Shown here: in pieces, positions 12,135-26,500 of the stretch
Numbering within the stretch: position 1 is the first letter of the stretch
How the letters are laid out: each line of letters begins with the position of its first letter
Source: Hemiscyllium ocellatum
Lineage: Eukaryota
DNA length: 64,000 bases
Direction of reading: 5' to 3'
Assembly: GCF_020745735.1 (NCBI RefSeq)
Contig: NC_083443.1
Location: 21,255,006-21,319,005 of the forward strand
Position numbers and translations under genes: made by a program
Notes under the pieces: generated by a model
Told to the model about the DNA's origin: nothing
Databases searched by the model: none
What the model saw: the letters and a program-made list of their open reading frames with translations, nothing else

Positions 12135-12234
12135 CCGCTGAAGAAGGGTCACTGGACCTAAAACATTAACTGTGCATTCTCGCTACAGATGCTGCCAGAC
12201 CTGTTGAGTTTTTCCAGCAATTTGTTTTTGTTTC
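12135..12234 (+). mobile_element. Penelope-like terminal repeat (family C) with decayed hammerhead core
   Basis: CTGAAGA-A-GGGTC-ACTG-GACCT-AAAAC followed by CAGATGCTGCCAGACCTGTTGAGTTTTTCCAGCA, similar to family B. Confidence 0.65.
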
Positions 12235-14695
12235 AATCAACTAATCAGTGTCTTTGTGTCATTACTGTGAGCATTAGCTTTCTTACAAATTGGCAATGGA
12301 TTGATATTGGAGTCAATCTGCAGAAACATCCTATTCTTGGTATACGACATGGATTTGTTTCAGTTGAAAGCTGAGGCAGTTAATAGCATTTGATCAGTTA
12401 ATCATGGAATAATAAATGGTCACGTTTAAGAAGGTATGACTGAACATCAGAGTTTGCCATGTCTTTCTGCTGCATATTATTGATAAATTATGTTGAACCA
12501 TTAATTTTTCACGTTTCTTTTATATTTTTCTTGATATGAGCCAAAGGTGTATGTTTTGTGAATTATACTGAAATAGAATCTTAATCTTTGACGGTTTTAA
12601 TAATGTTTACTTTAACACTATATTTCAACTGTTGGAATATTTATTTATACCCTAAATACTTATTGCTTTTCCAGTCCCTCAAGCACTGAGGAAATGCTGT
12701 TTTCTACAAACTATGCTCTTTGTTTAGTTGAAATATTGTCTACTATTGAGATCTTTATGTTTGAAAGTACAAGACTAGAAAAGATTATAACAATCTATTT
12801 GAATAGTTCCGATGAATTTGTCATCAACTTCAGCATTTGTCCCACAATTCTGATTTAATTTTGTGTCTGTGTGTTCGTGAAATTTGCTCCTATACATTGA
12901 GCTTCATGCAAAAATTATTCTAGAGTGATGATAACATAATCAGTTCATAATTCATAGTCCCAATCATAATACTATGTTGAAGATGGATTTGTAGAAGAGC
13001 ATTAACGTGAGCAGGGCTTATCTAACTCCAGTTTTGACACCTATTGACCTACGTATCTCGTCATTCACTTAGTCACCTTGAGTAAAAGATTTATGCTATG
13101 ACTCCGATCTAATCTATTAATTTGCACGGTTTTGATTTTTAAACAGGGATGCATTTAAAAATTGTTTTACTTTTCTCATCATTTCAATATCTTCTACATC
13201 ACTTAATTTCCCAATAAAATTGATTGGCAGTAAATGTTTAAACTCTGTTTATGAACCTTTGTTACCACAGTTTAATATTTCAGTATGTCAATATTACACA
13301 TCTGTTTTAGTGCATGTAATAGATCTGAAGTTCAAAAACTTTATCTGTGAAATATTTCTGGGAGTTAGGATATTTCTTCTCTTGTGTGTAAATTCCTGAC
13401 TGCAATTTGGTCAAGATTCGAGAGTGTAACAATGTTTTTGTTTGGCAATGTTGGAGTGTAACCTACCATTAAGATTGATTTAAGTCAATACTTTTGAAAA
13501 ATTATATCAATAACAAACTAGCAATTTCTTTTGTAGAGCTCAAATAAAGCATACAGTTGTCAATTGAATTGCTGAAATGTTCACCCATTACTGACCATAA
13601 ACTAGACTTATTAAATGGCTATGACAGAGGCTTTGGCCTTTTCTAGTAAATTTTGTCTATAAAACAGGTCCCATAGTTCTCAAGAGAGCTGTGAGTAAGG
13701 GTCAGGCTGAGGGTATTAGACTGACAAGTTTGATGAGAACTGGACCTCACTGAAATGGACCTGAGAGCCACTTGTAGATTGAAAAAATGAAGTGTTTTGT
13801 GAGCTTTGTATTACAAGTTTTGTAAGCTCAGTGCTTTTCAAATAAGTGTTTGGCAGGTTTATGTTGAAATCTTGATGACATTAATTTTTTTAACCTGTTC
13901 CTACAAGTTACAAAATTTATGTTGACTTGTTATTCATTGTAACGACATGTGTGGCAGCAGTTTCATTGGCGCTGATTGATCTTTACTGCATTGTTGCTTG
14001 ATTGTATTTTAATTTTTAAAAAGCTTTCATAAGTAATTGTAAGCAACATCCTTTTTCTTGTGACCAAAATTGGAAAGAAAATTGGTAAAACTTGACATTG
14101 TGGCTTAAATCTTCAGAGTTCAACTGTAATATAAATAATTTTCTCTATGGTACAGATATTGAGATGTTGAATCTACTTAAGCCCTGTCATAGAATTGTTT
14201 TCATAGAAGTCTCTCAGAAGAATGTCCCACAGAACATGTTTATGTGAAATAATCGCTTATATGTGTGGGAAGATTTTCAGCCAAAATTCCGTTTCTGATC
14301 ATTTAGCAAATTGTATCTATAAATCACTGAGCAAATGTTAGAGTTGATTCAAATCCGAAGCTTTTTTTAAAGAAAACAACTGCGCTATCTAACTTTTTTC
14401 TAATTTAACAGCTTGACAGACACCACCTGTTTATTTCTGTTAGATTTCTTAATATTGTAATTTGGGCCAAATATCCATAATGCATAGCTATAATGCAAAG
14501 TGAGGTGATGTTGCTTTGTAGTTGACATATGGAAATATTCTTCCTCTCAGTGACCAGATTTGGTTTCTGCAGTGTGCGTGAGAGGGGAAGATAAATTTTG
14601 CACCAGTAATATTATAGCTGCTCATAAATAAATGGTTACCCTTTGGTGCTTACAGTTTTCATTAAAGTGTTCTGAGCTTCGTTATTGACACTGTG

Positions 14696-14827
14696 NNNNN
14701 NNNNNNNNNNNNNNNNNNNNNNNNNNNNNNNNNNNNNNNNNNNNNNNNNNNNNNNNNNNNNNNNNNNNNNNNNNNNNNNNNNNNNNNNNNNNNNNNNNNN
14801 NNNNNNNNNNNNNNNNNNNNNNNNNNN
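14696..14827. other. Assembly gap
   Basis: Run of N. Confidence 1.
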
Positions 14828-16346
14828 TGAAAACTTGAATGATTACAGCCTATGCATGTTCCCTTGAATGTCACTCAATTATTTTGCACTGTTTTCTTAT
14901 TCTTTTCATTATTTCTGACTCATTTTGTGTAATTTTGTTACATCAAAACAGTGTGAACAAAACAGTGTCCGTTTTTATTTTAAGATACCTTGATGCCTTG
15001 TTGGTTGTAGAAAGAGGCAGAGACTAGGTGAAGCTGATGGGAAGGAATGATATATGTGTCGGCTGTGTCCCAGCTCTCCTCTAGCCCATTCTCATTAATC
15101 ATGGCTATTAGCGTTTTCAGAGTTGCCTTGTCTACATGGTGCCATCAAAAGGCCAGCTTTTACATTGAATTCCAACATAAAATAGTCTCTATAATGTTTT
15201 CCTTCCTGGTTGTTATTTTTAATTCATTTTCTTATCAAAAACTTATGTTTGAGTATCTTCAGCAAGGAAGTTATCAATACTTATATGATTCATTTTTTCT
15301 TATTTATGCTTTTCTGAAATTGATAATTGTAAGTTAATTTTTCCTGCTTTTCTGTTGCTCGTTTCTCTTCCTATTCTTCTCAAACCTACCCAAAAGTAGC
15401 ACTTTTAATTGTAATTGCACTATGTTCCAAGTTGTACATTTAGTCTCAAGTATTGCGAATAAACAATTGGTCACTGCAATCGTCATTGACAAATAAAGAT
15501 ACGCAATACAGTAAAATTCATGGTATCTGGCGCATACTGGGATCAGGTACCAGCAAATCAATAAAACCAGTTAACTCATTACAGTACATAATAATAGGAG
15601 GAATTGAACAAAAACATGCTTGACATACACTCAACTTGCAGAGGATTAGAACCTTGCAACTTACGATTCTTCAGTGTCGACAGTGAAGGAAAAAATACTT
15701 CTACCATTAGTGGCTCTTTTATAATCACTTCTGACTGATGGTGTTAGTATTTTGTATAATATTACTGATCCCTGGGGATTTCAGTTGATCAGGTGTTGGA
15801 AAGTGTCAATTTTACTATATGCTACTATGACAGGTGGACAAGCATATGCATTTATTATTTTGTTAGCCTGAAAACATTGTGATTCCAAAATGTTTGCCTA
15901 TAAATGTTGGCTGAATATAGATATTAGTTTATGATACCAATAACTGTTGAAGAAGGAATCAAGACTGAAATTATAGACTGTTACAAAATAAAACTGCAGC
16001 ATTTTTGCAAATTTGAAAGTACTAGCTACTTGAAAAATTGTGCAGATTTCCATTATTCAGATGTCTTTTCTTCTGATATACTATGCATGTATTGATTTAG
16101 TGATATTGCTGGATAATAGAAAATGCACATAGTAGAAAGACTTTTGACCTTGGCTGCTTTTGAGGTGCAATATTCTTGATCTGTTTCTAGCACATGCAGG
16201 AAAAAAAGGAATACGATTCAGCACTTCCGTGGTCTCATTGACCGTAGGTTGGAGGGTATAGGATTTACTCACGAGAAGAAAGACAGGCGTGCATTTAAAT
16301 GTGACTTGAAGACCATGATGTCTCAAAGTGCTATGCAGTCACATTT

Positions 16347-16600
16347 CATAGAATCATAGAATTTTACCGTATAGAAGGAGGTCATTCAACTCAATGAGTC
16401 TGTACTGGCTCCCAAATGAGCTGCCCAGCTAGTCCCACTCTCCAATCCTGTCTCCACAGCCCTCTCACTTCATCACTTTCAAAAATATATCCAGCTGTCT
16501 TTTGAAACATCCTGTGGAATCCACTTCCACCACTCTCCCAGGCAATCCTAACAAATCTCTGAGTAAAGAAGTTTCCCTTCCTCTCATTCCTAGATCTCTT
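16347..16600 (-). mobile_element. CR1-type LINE 3' tail
   Basis: CATAGAATCATAGAA tail repeat; minus-strand LPGRVVEVDSTGCFKRQLDIFL is a CR1 ORF2 C-terminus. Confidence 0.8.
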
Positions 16601-17204
16601 ACAGACAAGCTTGAAATATGCTTAATTTTTCTTTTACTGCTCAGACTGTACAACAGAATGGTAAACAAAGTGAACCAAATTTGAAATTGATGCCCTCACC
16701 TGCACTTTATGTAATCTTGAGGTTTTTTTTGTGCAGTTTGCTTGAAATTGTCCTAACTATGCAGAAGGCTACAGGTGTTTCAGTGCAAATTGTATTAGTG
16801 TAAATTGAGTTTTCATCATTATTGTTGCTTTTTAAAGTATCATGTTATGAATAAACTTAAAATATAAGCTATGCCTCAAAGACGAACTAGTCACTGTTGG
16901 AGACTTCTCTAACTCTGTTTACTTCAAGCTGCTCTAAAAATCAACCTGGATCCTGTAGGCATATAGATACAAATAGGTAGATTTGAACAATGTTTGCACA
17001 TTTAAGCAAAAACTCAAAATAGCTGATGCATTTAAATGTAATGAGAAAATACTTTTTGAATATTTTAAAGATATTTTCAGAAATTTAAAGTTGAATGGCT
17101 CATAGGTGGTTGATCAACAACTTAAAACTGATTTTGTTTTATGCTAAATCTCTTCTTAGCTGTGTTAGTCAAACTTGACCAAAGGCAATTTTTAATGCTC
17201 CAGA

Positions 17205-17388
17205 TTAGTTCATGGAATGCCCTGCCCGTATCAGTGGTGAACTCTCCTTCTTTATGGTCATTTAAGCGGGCATTGGATAGGCATTTGGAAGTTATTGGGC
17301 TAGTATAGGTTAGGTAGGATTCGGTCGGCGCAACATCGAGGGCCGAAGGGCCTGTACTGCGCTGTATCCTTCTATGTTCTATGTTCTA
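17205..17388 (+). mobile_element. Young, strongly 5'-truncated CR1/HER1 3' end, followed by an older CR1 tail to ~17505
   Basis: TGGAATGCCCTGCC...GGTCGGCGCAACATCGAGGGCCGAAGGGCCTGTACTGCGCTGTA then (TTCTATG)n; CpGs intact. Confidence 0.88.
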
Positions 17389-17636
17389 GATAAGGGTGCA
17401 GGTTTATAGGGAAAAGGCAGGAAAATTGCGCTAAATTAAAATTCTCAGAGCTCGTAAAAATATGATGGGCTAAATGGTCTCCTTTGAGATCACATCAATT
17501 CTATTTTTAAAATGCAGCATAATTATACAAGGCAAATTGTGCATTTGGCTTTGTACAAATCCAGTTTGTCTAGAAACATGGAAAGAAACTGAAAAGACCA
17601 AGTGGAAATTGTGCACCTTTGATTGTATTTAGCAGT

Positions 17637-18509
17637 TGTGATTGTAAGATACGTGATCTGTATGCATTTTAATGAGTTTGAGCTTTTGAACTTTGTAGTT
17701 GCAGGCAAGTTTACTGTGTATCTGAATAGATTTAATGATTAACCTGTAGGTTTTTCTATAGTTATGGTAGTTTCTTTTAAAACTGTTTTGAGGGGCGTAG
17801 CCTCCAAGAACTAAAACTCTTCCAATGAATATCAGCAAACAAAACACACAGTGTATAATATAAGGCTCAAATCTACCATCAGAATGCTGTTGTTCTTAAG
17901 CTGTGGAAAATCACTCGCAGCTTGAAGAGACACATTTCAGTTCCATTTGGAGCAGTTCCGCAGTGTTCTTAGCTGAAGAAGGACGTATAAAGTATTTGCT
18001 CCTGAGAAGGGGAGAAATCAGTTTATATTTCTTAATAGGTTACCTCAGAGTGGAGTTTTGTGATACTTCCAGACGAGAAGCATTTGGCTTAAACCTTCAA
18101 CTGTAATTTGAAGCTGAGAAAGTTTAAGCTCAGGAATACAAAGGCTTCAGGATGAGACCATCAGATTTTCTCGATTGTTAAGTGAAGTCACAGTTAAGTA
18201 AAGCCTATAAAGGTGATGGTAAAGAAGACTCTCATATGGGTACTGTAAAGGATTGTTTTTGGGATTAATGGGATTATATTTTGACAGTGCATTTTTGAAT
18301 CTTTAAATGTTAATAGTTGGTTTATTCTATTCTATCTTCATTTCTTTGCTTTATAAATTCTGTTTTATTGTTGTACACAATGCTGCAGATTGGGTTTTTA
18401 AGATTCTGAGAGTCACCCTGGTTAAAAGCATTTAAAAAAAAATCTGTCAAACCCAATTTCAATCTGGAATCTGACTTTTCTAGTAATAACATCAGCTGAG
18501 GTCATATCA
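17637..18509 (+). mobile_element. Possible old solo LTR
   Basis: Begins TGTGAT, ends GGTCATATCA, T-rich 3' part; no clean TSD seen. Confidence 0.3.
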
Positions 18510-21500
18510 GGTTAGAGGCTAGGCACCTGGACCTTAGTAACAACAAGCAGAGGAGAGAGCAATCTAACTGTGGGTTCTTCAGTTTAATTACAAGACAGAA
18601 TCTGGGCCCAGGCAATGATGTGAGAGCATTGGATCTAAGCTGCTACTTCTCAAAAAAAACTATTTTGCTTATTCTCGAAGATGAATGAATGAATAACTCG
18701 TATGCTTTATTTTTTTAAAAGAAGCATTGTTTGGCAACAGCTCGGATTCATGCTGTAACACAAAATGGCCTCAGTTTAATCTGAAGGATGTCAGAGACTT
18801 TGAATGTGATTTTAATTTATCGTTGTGGAATTCTTTTTAGCCTTTCCCTGCTTTACCTTTCCTAGGTGCTTCTTTTAGAAAGGTGATATCTTTGAAATAG
18901 TGACCACTTATTGGGGTTAAGAAATTAGAAGAAATTAATACTAATCAGGCAATATATTTTCTTTTGTTTTGTGATACAGCTGGGAAGAAGACAACTGATT
19001 TTGACAATGTAATTTACATCTTTGCAATCGTATAAAACTATCAGTGGCAGCTGAACTAATTTGTGTTGCATTAGGTTGTTTGTCTCAGCCCCATCTAACT
19101 ATGCAATCTATCAGGAGCTGTTTTCAAATATCACTTTTCAACTGTGCCCTTGAGAGCAGAAATTGATCGGGATTATACATAACAAAATTATTTCAATAAT
19201 TTCATAGAAACAACAATTACTGAATCGTACAAATGCCAGTAATTCTATAACTGAAAATGAAATCGATGAATTAAGCTAGGTTTCTGATTTTATGTGCATG
19301 ACAGTAGATTTATTGCTAAGTAAAGTAAAGGGGTTTGGGTGACAGTTGTGCTGTAGTACTCTTGTTTTCCAGTTATAAATGGGCTGGTCAATTAGTTGTC
19401 TCATTGCTCATATGTGTTTAATTTATTTTGATTGTGCTTATCTTAAATTTAAAGAAAAAGCTATAGCAGATAGACACCTTGCAATTGTTTATTGGATGCT
19501 TCAGATTACACAGCAAACAAAAGCCATTAAGTACCTATTATTTTACGGAGAGGGTACATTTTTCATTCCTTTTCTCTGATGAATTTTCAATTCTGCATCC
19601 TGGTGTTGTAGGTAATTAATTGCTTTCAGTTCAGAGGAGTAATAATGCAATAAATTACACTGGTATTTCTTGTCAGGAGAGGATCATATTGCTGCTTCCG
19701 TGGTAAAGCAGGGCTAATGATGATCTACTGAGAGTCATGAGGGTAAAAAAAATTACCAGGAATTAACCATTAATTCTACAATGCTTTTCTGTGAAGGAGG
19801 CACAGGAGGTGTACAATGATGTGTATATTGCTTATTTGAAATGAAGGATTATATGTGTACATTCCTTATTTTCAAAGAAATCTCTTGGCTGTTATAGGTA
19901 TTGGTGGAAGCCCTTTTTATGTGTGGCAATAAACTTTTGCATTTTAACTTAATGTGCTCGAACATTATGCAAAAGACAGATTTTCACACTATTTCAACAT
20001 CTGTACTTTGTGCTGGGCTATTCCTTTCACTTGCTAACTATTGGACTGTAGCAGCTTTAATTTTCCAAGCTATTTTTGCCTTAGCATAATTAAGTGAGCA
20101 TTAGGCCTATTTTCCATTCAAGCCAAAAGCTTGGATATTAAAATAAGTGAGAACTGAATTTTGAATGGCATTTATATCTGTTCACGGCCTCTAAATGTTT
20201 GATTTGCATAACTAGTTAAAATGATATCAGAGCAGCATATTGATTTAATTCCATCTCTGAAAACTGTTAATTAATAATGATAATAAATGTGTCAGATCTT
20301 TATTATCTGCTTTGAATTGGTGATGATGGCTGTATTAGGGCCTTTCAGTAATAGACTGCAGCTGGCTTATCATCGCCTGAGCTTTTGAATAGCCGCAAAT
20401 GAAATGTGGCTCTCTTGATGTGGAAAAACATCACAGAGGAGTGGCCAGAGAACTGAGGGCAGCCATGGATCATACCAAATGCTGAAAATGGTAGTAATTA
20501 AACAGTGAAAAATGCAATTAATGTTTTGCAGAAATCTATCTCCAAACAAATGGAAATCTATCTTAGAATAAACAATGAGGGATAAAAAAAAATCTGTTTT
20601 TAATAGACTAGCAAGCTGTGCCCTAATATGATCTTTAAATGTCCTGCAGAAATGGAATGACTACGTTTGTTTAAAAAATGTGTTGGTAAGTTAACTTAAT
20701 CAGAACATAATAATTGATTCCAGCACTGTGCAAAATTGAATCATGAAAACATTACACTAGAATTTTATTGTGACAAAAACCAAGAAGAAAATCTCCCATT
20801 TCTTAAATGTCATTAGCAAAGTGTCAGTCATAAAGTTTCTGCAAATAAAAGGAAAGGAGTAAATATGGGAAAAGGGGGAATATGTGGAATGGTGTTGAAA
20901 AGGAAAGATGGGAGAAGTTGAACTGTCAGTGATTAGGGAAAGAGAAGGAGAAAGATCTAATTGCAGGCAGAGGTGGATAGAAGATGCAATAGAAAGTGGG
21001 AATAAAGAGGAACTGGGAAAGGAGAACTAAGAGGAAGGGAATGGATGTGCTGTACAGTAATGGGTGGTGAGCATAGGTGGCAAGTAGGTAATAGGATAAT
21101 TCAGCAGGGATGCAGTATATGTGGAAGACTAACAAAGACAACAGGGTCACAAAAGTGTGCCAACAAGAACTTTCAGTTGTGAACAGAATGGGAGTTTGGA
21201 CTATGGTGATTGGTTGTCCAAGTCAACTATTCAATGAAGTTGCAAAAATACTGCATGGGTAAGGGTTAGCAGCAAATTTGGGAAACCGAACTGATAACTT
21301 GGAAATAAGAAAAACTGTTGAAGCATAAGACTAAAAAAAAGTCTTATGGAGAAGAGTCAGAACCCACTGAAATGCAATTCCATGAGCAAAAAGGCAGCAA
21401 TATCTTTTAGATTGTGTTTTCTGACACCATTGAAATGTTTTCATTATGCATGTACATTTTGTGCATGAGCAGTACTGTACTGCATTACTATACAGTGGCC

Positions 21501-21669
21501 TTGTTCCAACCCGAACATTGACATCTATTGTTCTTGTATATTCACCACCCCTTCTTATAGAGGCAGGTCATTTTACAGAGGATGCATGCACAGAATTTTG
21601 GACATGAACAATGGGAACCTTCTAGTAATGTTAACAGTCACAGCTTATGAGTGGTTTATGCTGTCTCTG

Positions 21670-23580
21670 GCTATGTCAGCGTTTATTGTCCCTTTGTGAA
21701 GTGTAAAATATTGTAGTCCTTGAGGTGTAGGAGTATTCTCAGTGCTGCAAGGAAGCGAGGTCTAGTCATTACTCAAGTTATGACTGGCTAATTCAGTTCA
21801 GTTTCTAGTCAATGGTGGCCTCCCCAGGGTATTGATAATGAGTCAGTAATGCCATTGAAAGGCAAGGGCAATATTAGATACACTGTTGGAGGTGGTCATT
21901 TCCTGACACTCATGTGGTGCTAAACTTTCTTGCCACTTGTCAGCCCAAGCCTCCAATTTGACACCGCCTTCCTGACCTGTCCATTGCCTTTTCCATTTAT
22001 CCACTCAACCTCCCCCCCCCGCCTCTGACCTATCACCTTCTCCCTCACCTTCACATACCTATTGCTTTCTCAGCTATCTTCCCCCAGCCCCTCCCAATCC
22101 ACAAGCCTCATGCCTGATGAAGGGCTTATGCCAGAAACATTGATTGTCCTGCTCTTCAGATGCTGCCTGATCTGCTGTGCTTTTCTAGCACCACAATCTT
22201 GACTCTGAACTCCAGCATCTGCAGTCCTCACTTTCTCTCGAGCCTTAATGTTGTCTAGGACTTGCTGCATTTGGACATGGATGGTCTCAATATCTAGGGA
22301 ATCATGAATGCTGCTGAACATTGTGTTGAACATCAAGACTTCATGATAGAAGAAAAGTCATCAAAAAGCAGCTGAAGATGTTTGGACTTGAGGATCTTAC
22401 CTGAAGGACTCTGGTGATGTCTTGGAGTTGAAATTATTGACCTCCAGCAACTACAACCATCTTCCTTTGTGCTAGGTGTGACTACAGAAATGGTGAGTTT
22501 CCCCTGTTTTCTACTGACTCTAATTTATTAGGGTTACTTGATGCTACACTCAGTCAAATGTGGCCTTGATGCCAAGGGCAGTCTCCCTCTTCTCACCTCT
22601 GAGGTTCAACTCTTACATCCATGTTTGGACCAAATTTTTATTAAGGCAGGAATTGAGTGGCCCTGTGTGTCTGTGAGCAGGTTATTCCTTTGTAAGTGCT
22701 GCCTTATGGCAATCCCTTCCATTGCTTTGATGATCAAAAGTAGACTGGTGGGATGGTAATTTGATGGATTGCCTTTGTCTTGCTTTTTGAGCCCAAGCCA
22801 TTTTTGAACAATTTTCTCATTTTATCAGTGTTGTAGCTGTTCAGGAATAGCTTGGCCATGGGTGCAGCCAGTACTGGAGCATCTATTGGCAGAATGTTGC
22901 AAAGGCCCATAGCCTTTGCAGTGTGCAATGCCTTCAGCTGTTTTGTGAAACCAAATGAAGTTCATTGAAAACTGGTCTGTGTGATGCTGGAGACCTAGAG
23001 ACTTAAATAGTCATCCATTTGGCATTCTGGCTAAAGATGGACTTAAGTACTTTACCTTGTCTTTTGCTCAGACGTGCTAGGCTCCTTCATTGTTGAGAAT
23101 GGAGATGTTTATGGAGCAGCCTCCTCCTGTTAATTATTTAATTGCTAACCACCATTCAAAATTCGATGTGGCAGGATTTAGAAAGAAGACTCAATCTGTT
23201 GGTTGGGATTGCTTAGCCTTGTCGTTAGCTTGCAGTTTGTGCTGTTTGGCATTGAAATAGTCCTGTTGTGTAGAGTTAGCAAGTAGACTCGCTGCTTCTG
23301 GCATACCCTCCTGCATTCTTCATTGAACTAGGGTTGATCTCTCAGCCTGATGGCTATGGTAGAGTGGAAGATATGCTGGGACATGGTGTTTGAGTACAAT
23401 TCTACTACTGCTGATGACCTGTGTTGCCTCACGGATGCCCAGTTTTGAGTGGCTAGATCTGTTCAAAGTTTGCCCTATTTTGCACAATGGAGGGTGTGTT
23501 TGATGTGCTGTTGGGGGTTCACTCCTACTGATGGTCAAGGACAATAGCATCTCTGGCTGTATAATGAGGTCAACTAGACA
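21670..23580 (-). mobile_element. CR1/L2-group LINE fragment (family of 38393-40265), RT region and 3' end
   Basis: Minus-strand APVLAAPMAKLFLNSYNT and FSSIHDSLDIETIHVQMQQVLDNIKA; tail similar to 40210-40260. Confidence 0.8.
21953..22240 (+). mobile_element. Penelope-like 3' fragment (family B) nested in the LINE
   Basis: C-rich UTR, then CTGATGAAGGGCTTATGCCAGAAACATTGA (22114-) and terminal GCAGTCCTCACTTTCTC; possible TSD AGCCT. Confidence 0.85.
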
Positions 23581-26500
23581 TTTTCATCTTCCTGCTTCCA
23601 GCATTTCTCAATTAAATATTTGGAGGACTTCTACAAATGCATACTACTTTTAGCCATCTGAGAAAAAAAGTATTTTTTTTCAGGTGGTAAGAGATTATTA
23701 AGGGAGATTGTAAGCTGATTATCAATAGATTTTAAATGATTTACTAAGTGTAAAGTGTGCTTCCTTTACTTAGCTTAAAGCATTACAAATAAGCAATTGA
23801 AGTTTAAAAACTTGGGCTTCTCCACAGTAATTCTTGGGCAGAACCTACAGCTATTCACAGGTGATGCTAGATTTTTTGTTGCTATCGGTTCTTTATACTG
23901 GTTAGGTTCTCATGTTTTCATAAGTGATATGGTGATGTTTTTCCTTGGCCAACTGTCACAGAGCACCACCACAGCTATTGCAGATATTACTAACATTGAA
24001 AGGCTATGATGGGGCTTTTCATTGTCATTTCAAATGACTGTTGGTTATTGTGTGTACATTGAGATCAAATTTTTACAAAGTTTAATATATGTCTTCATAG
24101 ACAATTTTGTAAATTGGAATGGTTCACTGGCACTTCTCCATCCTGCAAATGTTCATGGGGCATCAGATGAGAAGAATTGGCTCATAATATGCTTTCTGTT
24201 CCTCATTGTATATCCCTTCGCCAGATACACAATAAAATAGTCCACAATTGCTCAGGTGTGGAGGCTTCTTCATAAAGATAAGTCACAAATTGGTGAAATA
24301 CTGGTAACACATTTGGAGCATTAGATCAACAGAAATCAGTTGCAGTTGAGGGTTGCAGATGTTGAAGAGGAAGAGTTATAATGTTTTTTCTGAGTTGGTG
24401 CAAAATGAGATTTGGCATTTTGACAATCCAAGGTATATTTTGTCTTTATAATACAGGTTTTCAGTTTCTTCAGTATGCAGTACAAATTGATAATATGAAA
24501 ATTCATTGAACAGCTTACTTTTGTGTTGCTCTGCAGACCGCGTTTACTTAATTTATTTTGTAGCTTCAAAATCTAATGAAAAATACTGAACATTCACAGT
24601 GTCAACAGTCAATTCAGGAATATTTAAAATCTTAACAACATGTTTTGCAGGAATTAAATAAGTTTAAGGGAAATTATTCTGTAAATGCATTTGTTTTCTA
24701 TGAATTGTTACATTTTGTAAATATTCAAGCATCGATTGGATTACCAAATATAGCTGTGCTTGAAAAGGAAAGTGTTTTAAAATACTGATTTGATTTGTTT
24801 TACAATTTATGACCATTTAACAATAATTTGAAAAATGACTTTATGCATGCCATTAATAATTAATTAAAATACTGATCAGAATTTTCTTTTAATTACTCTG
24901 TATTCACCTCTATGGCATCGAAGGTGATGTGCAGATAAATGCTTTATTATACTTTGATCATTTACAAAATATCCCTTTATCTAAGATTGGGTTCCATCAT
25001 ATACTTATGGTTTAAGTTCTGGAATGCAAAGGGAATTTGCAATGTTGAAACAGTTAACTATATTTTAATTCCAAAAAGCAGATTTTTAAAAATAATGTAA
25101 ATATTAGTAATATTATTGCAGAAGTATGGGGTAAGTATCCTTGGAGAGCAGACTACTAGATGAAAATAATTCCTACCACACGTTCAAATGAAGATCCAGC
25201 AACACTTTTATCATCTGTACTAAAATACCTGCATTCATTTTCTGCTGTTCTGTTTTTCTCACAGACCATTGTTTCTTGATTCAGCATCAGAAATATTTAT
25301 CCAGGAGTTCTGTTAACTAACAAATGTAAGGTTGCTGTGTTTGACTGGCATTCACCATGTCAATACAAGTCCACTTTCAGAAGATAGTTTCAATGTGGTA
25401 ACCACAATTCCACACTAATCTGATTTGTAAAATTTCTGTAAAATCATTTTTATTTTACTGATTATACTCTAACTGGAGTAGTTGTCAAGCAAATATGGTA
25501 TACTTTGTATGCCACTGAGTAAGCTACGTAACTTGAGTTTTCCGATTCTACATAGTTTTAAGTAGCCAACATTCTCAAGCCAGTACTTGTAATGTAGCTG
25601 CTATGTTATATTGCATTATTAATACTGAAATTCCACGGAACAAGTGAAGGAGTACTTCAGCTTTCTGGTGGGATGCCATCTATGTGGGCTGCTGATTTTG
25701 AGTAATGGGAAAAATGTAAATTATTTCTTTTTTGGGGTTCATGGGGAATTGGAGAGCTCATCATTTTATTCTCTCTCTCTGCTGTCAGCCCATCTTACCA
25801 ATTGGTGCATGATTGATGGAAGTTATGGGTAGATCTAAATTGTCTGATCAAGGTGAATAACTGAAATTAGAGAAAAGAAAATGCCAATAACTTGTCAAGT
25901 TCATGCTATTTATTGCAATAATCTTAGTTTTAAAGCATCTGCTTGTAAATGCTTAACATTAAGTGCCACAGCAAATTCAAACAAGGGAAGGTGCAATTAA
26001 ACAAAGAATTTGTAAGGTTGCTGCCAAAGATAACGCATTTCCTCATATTTCAGGCATCCAAATTAAGTTTGAAGGTCCTATATTTGGGCAGTAGGTACAA
26101 AACAACTGAGTTGTAAATAAGTCCGTTCAGGTCCATGTATTATTTTAATGACTTGTTAATTATCGATTATTGTGTTAAATGCTTTAGCAGTCAAGAGAAA
26201 CTGTTATAAATGTAGAAATTCATTGAGTTAGATGTTTATTGTTCTTGAAGTTTTAAATTTTTATTTAGGTCTTCATTTTTTTCTTAATCTAATTCTTAAT
26301 TCCCTCTCTGTATTTCTCCTTTGCTCCTAGTTTTGCGTTGCTTTCAAGATTCAAACTGACGCTTCAGTTTCATTTCTTACATTGTTAGTTTCATAATATT
26401 GGTTCAGGAAATTCAGAAATCAGATGCCCTGCAGAGGGTGCTGCACCATTTTCATCATGTATTTCTGACAACTTAAAAATGTAAAGTATAATTGGCATTA

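Noticed and set aside
14662-14874. ORFs spanning N runs (also 35868-36145)
   Set aside because: Artefacts of assembly gaps
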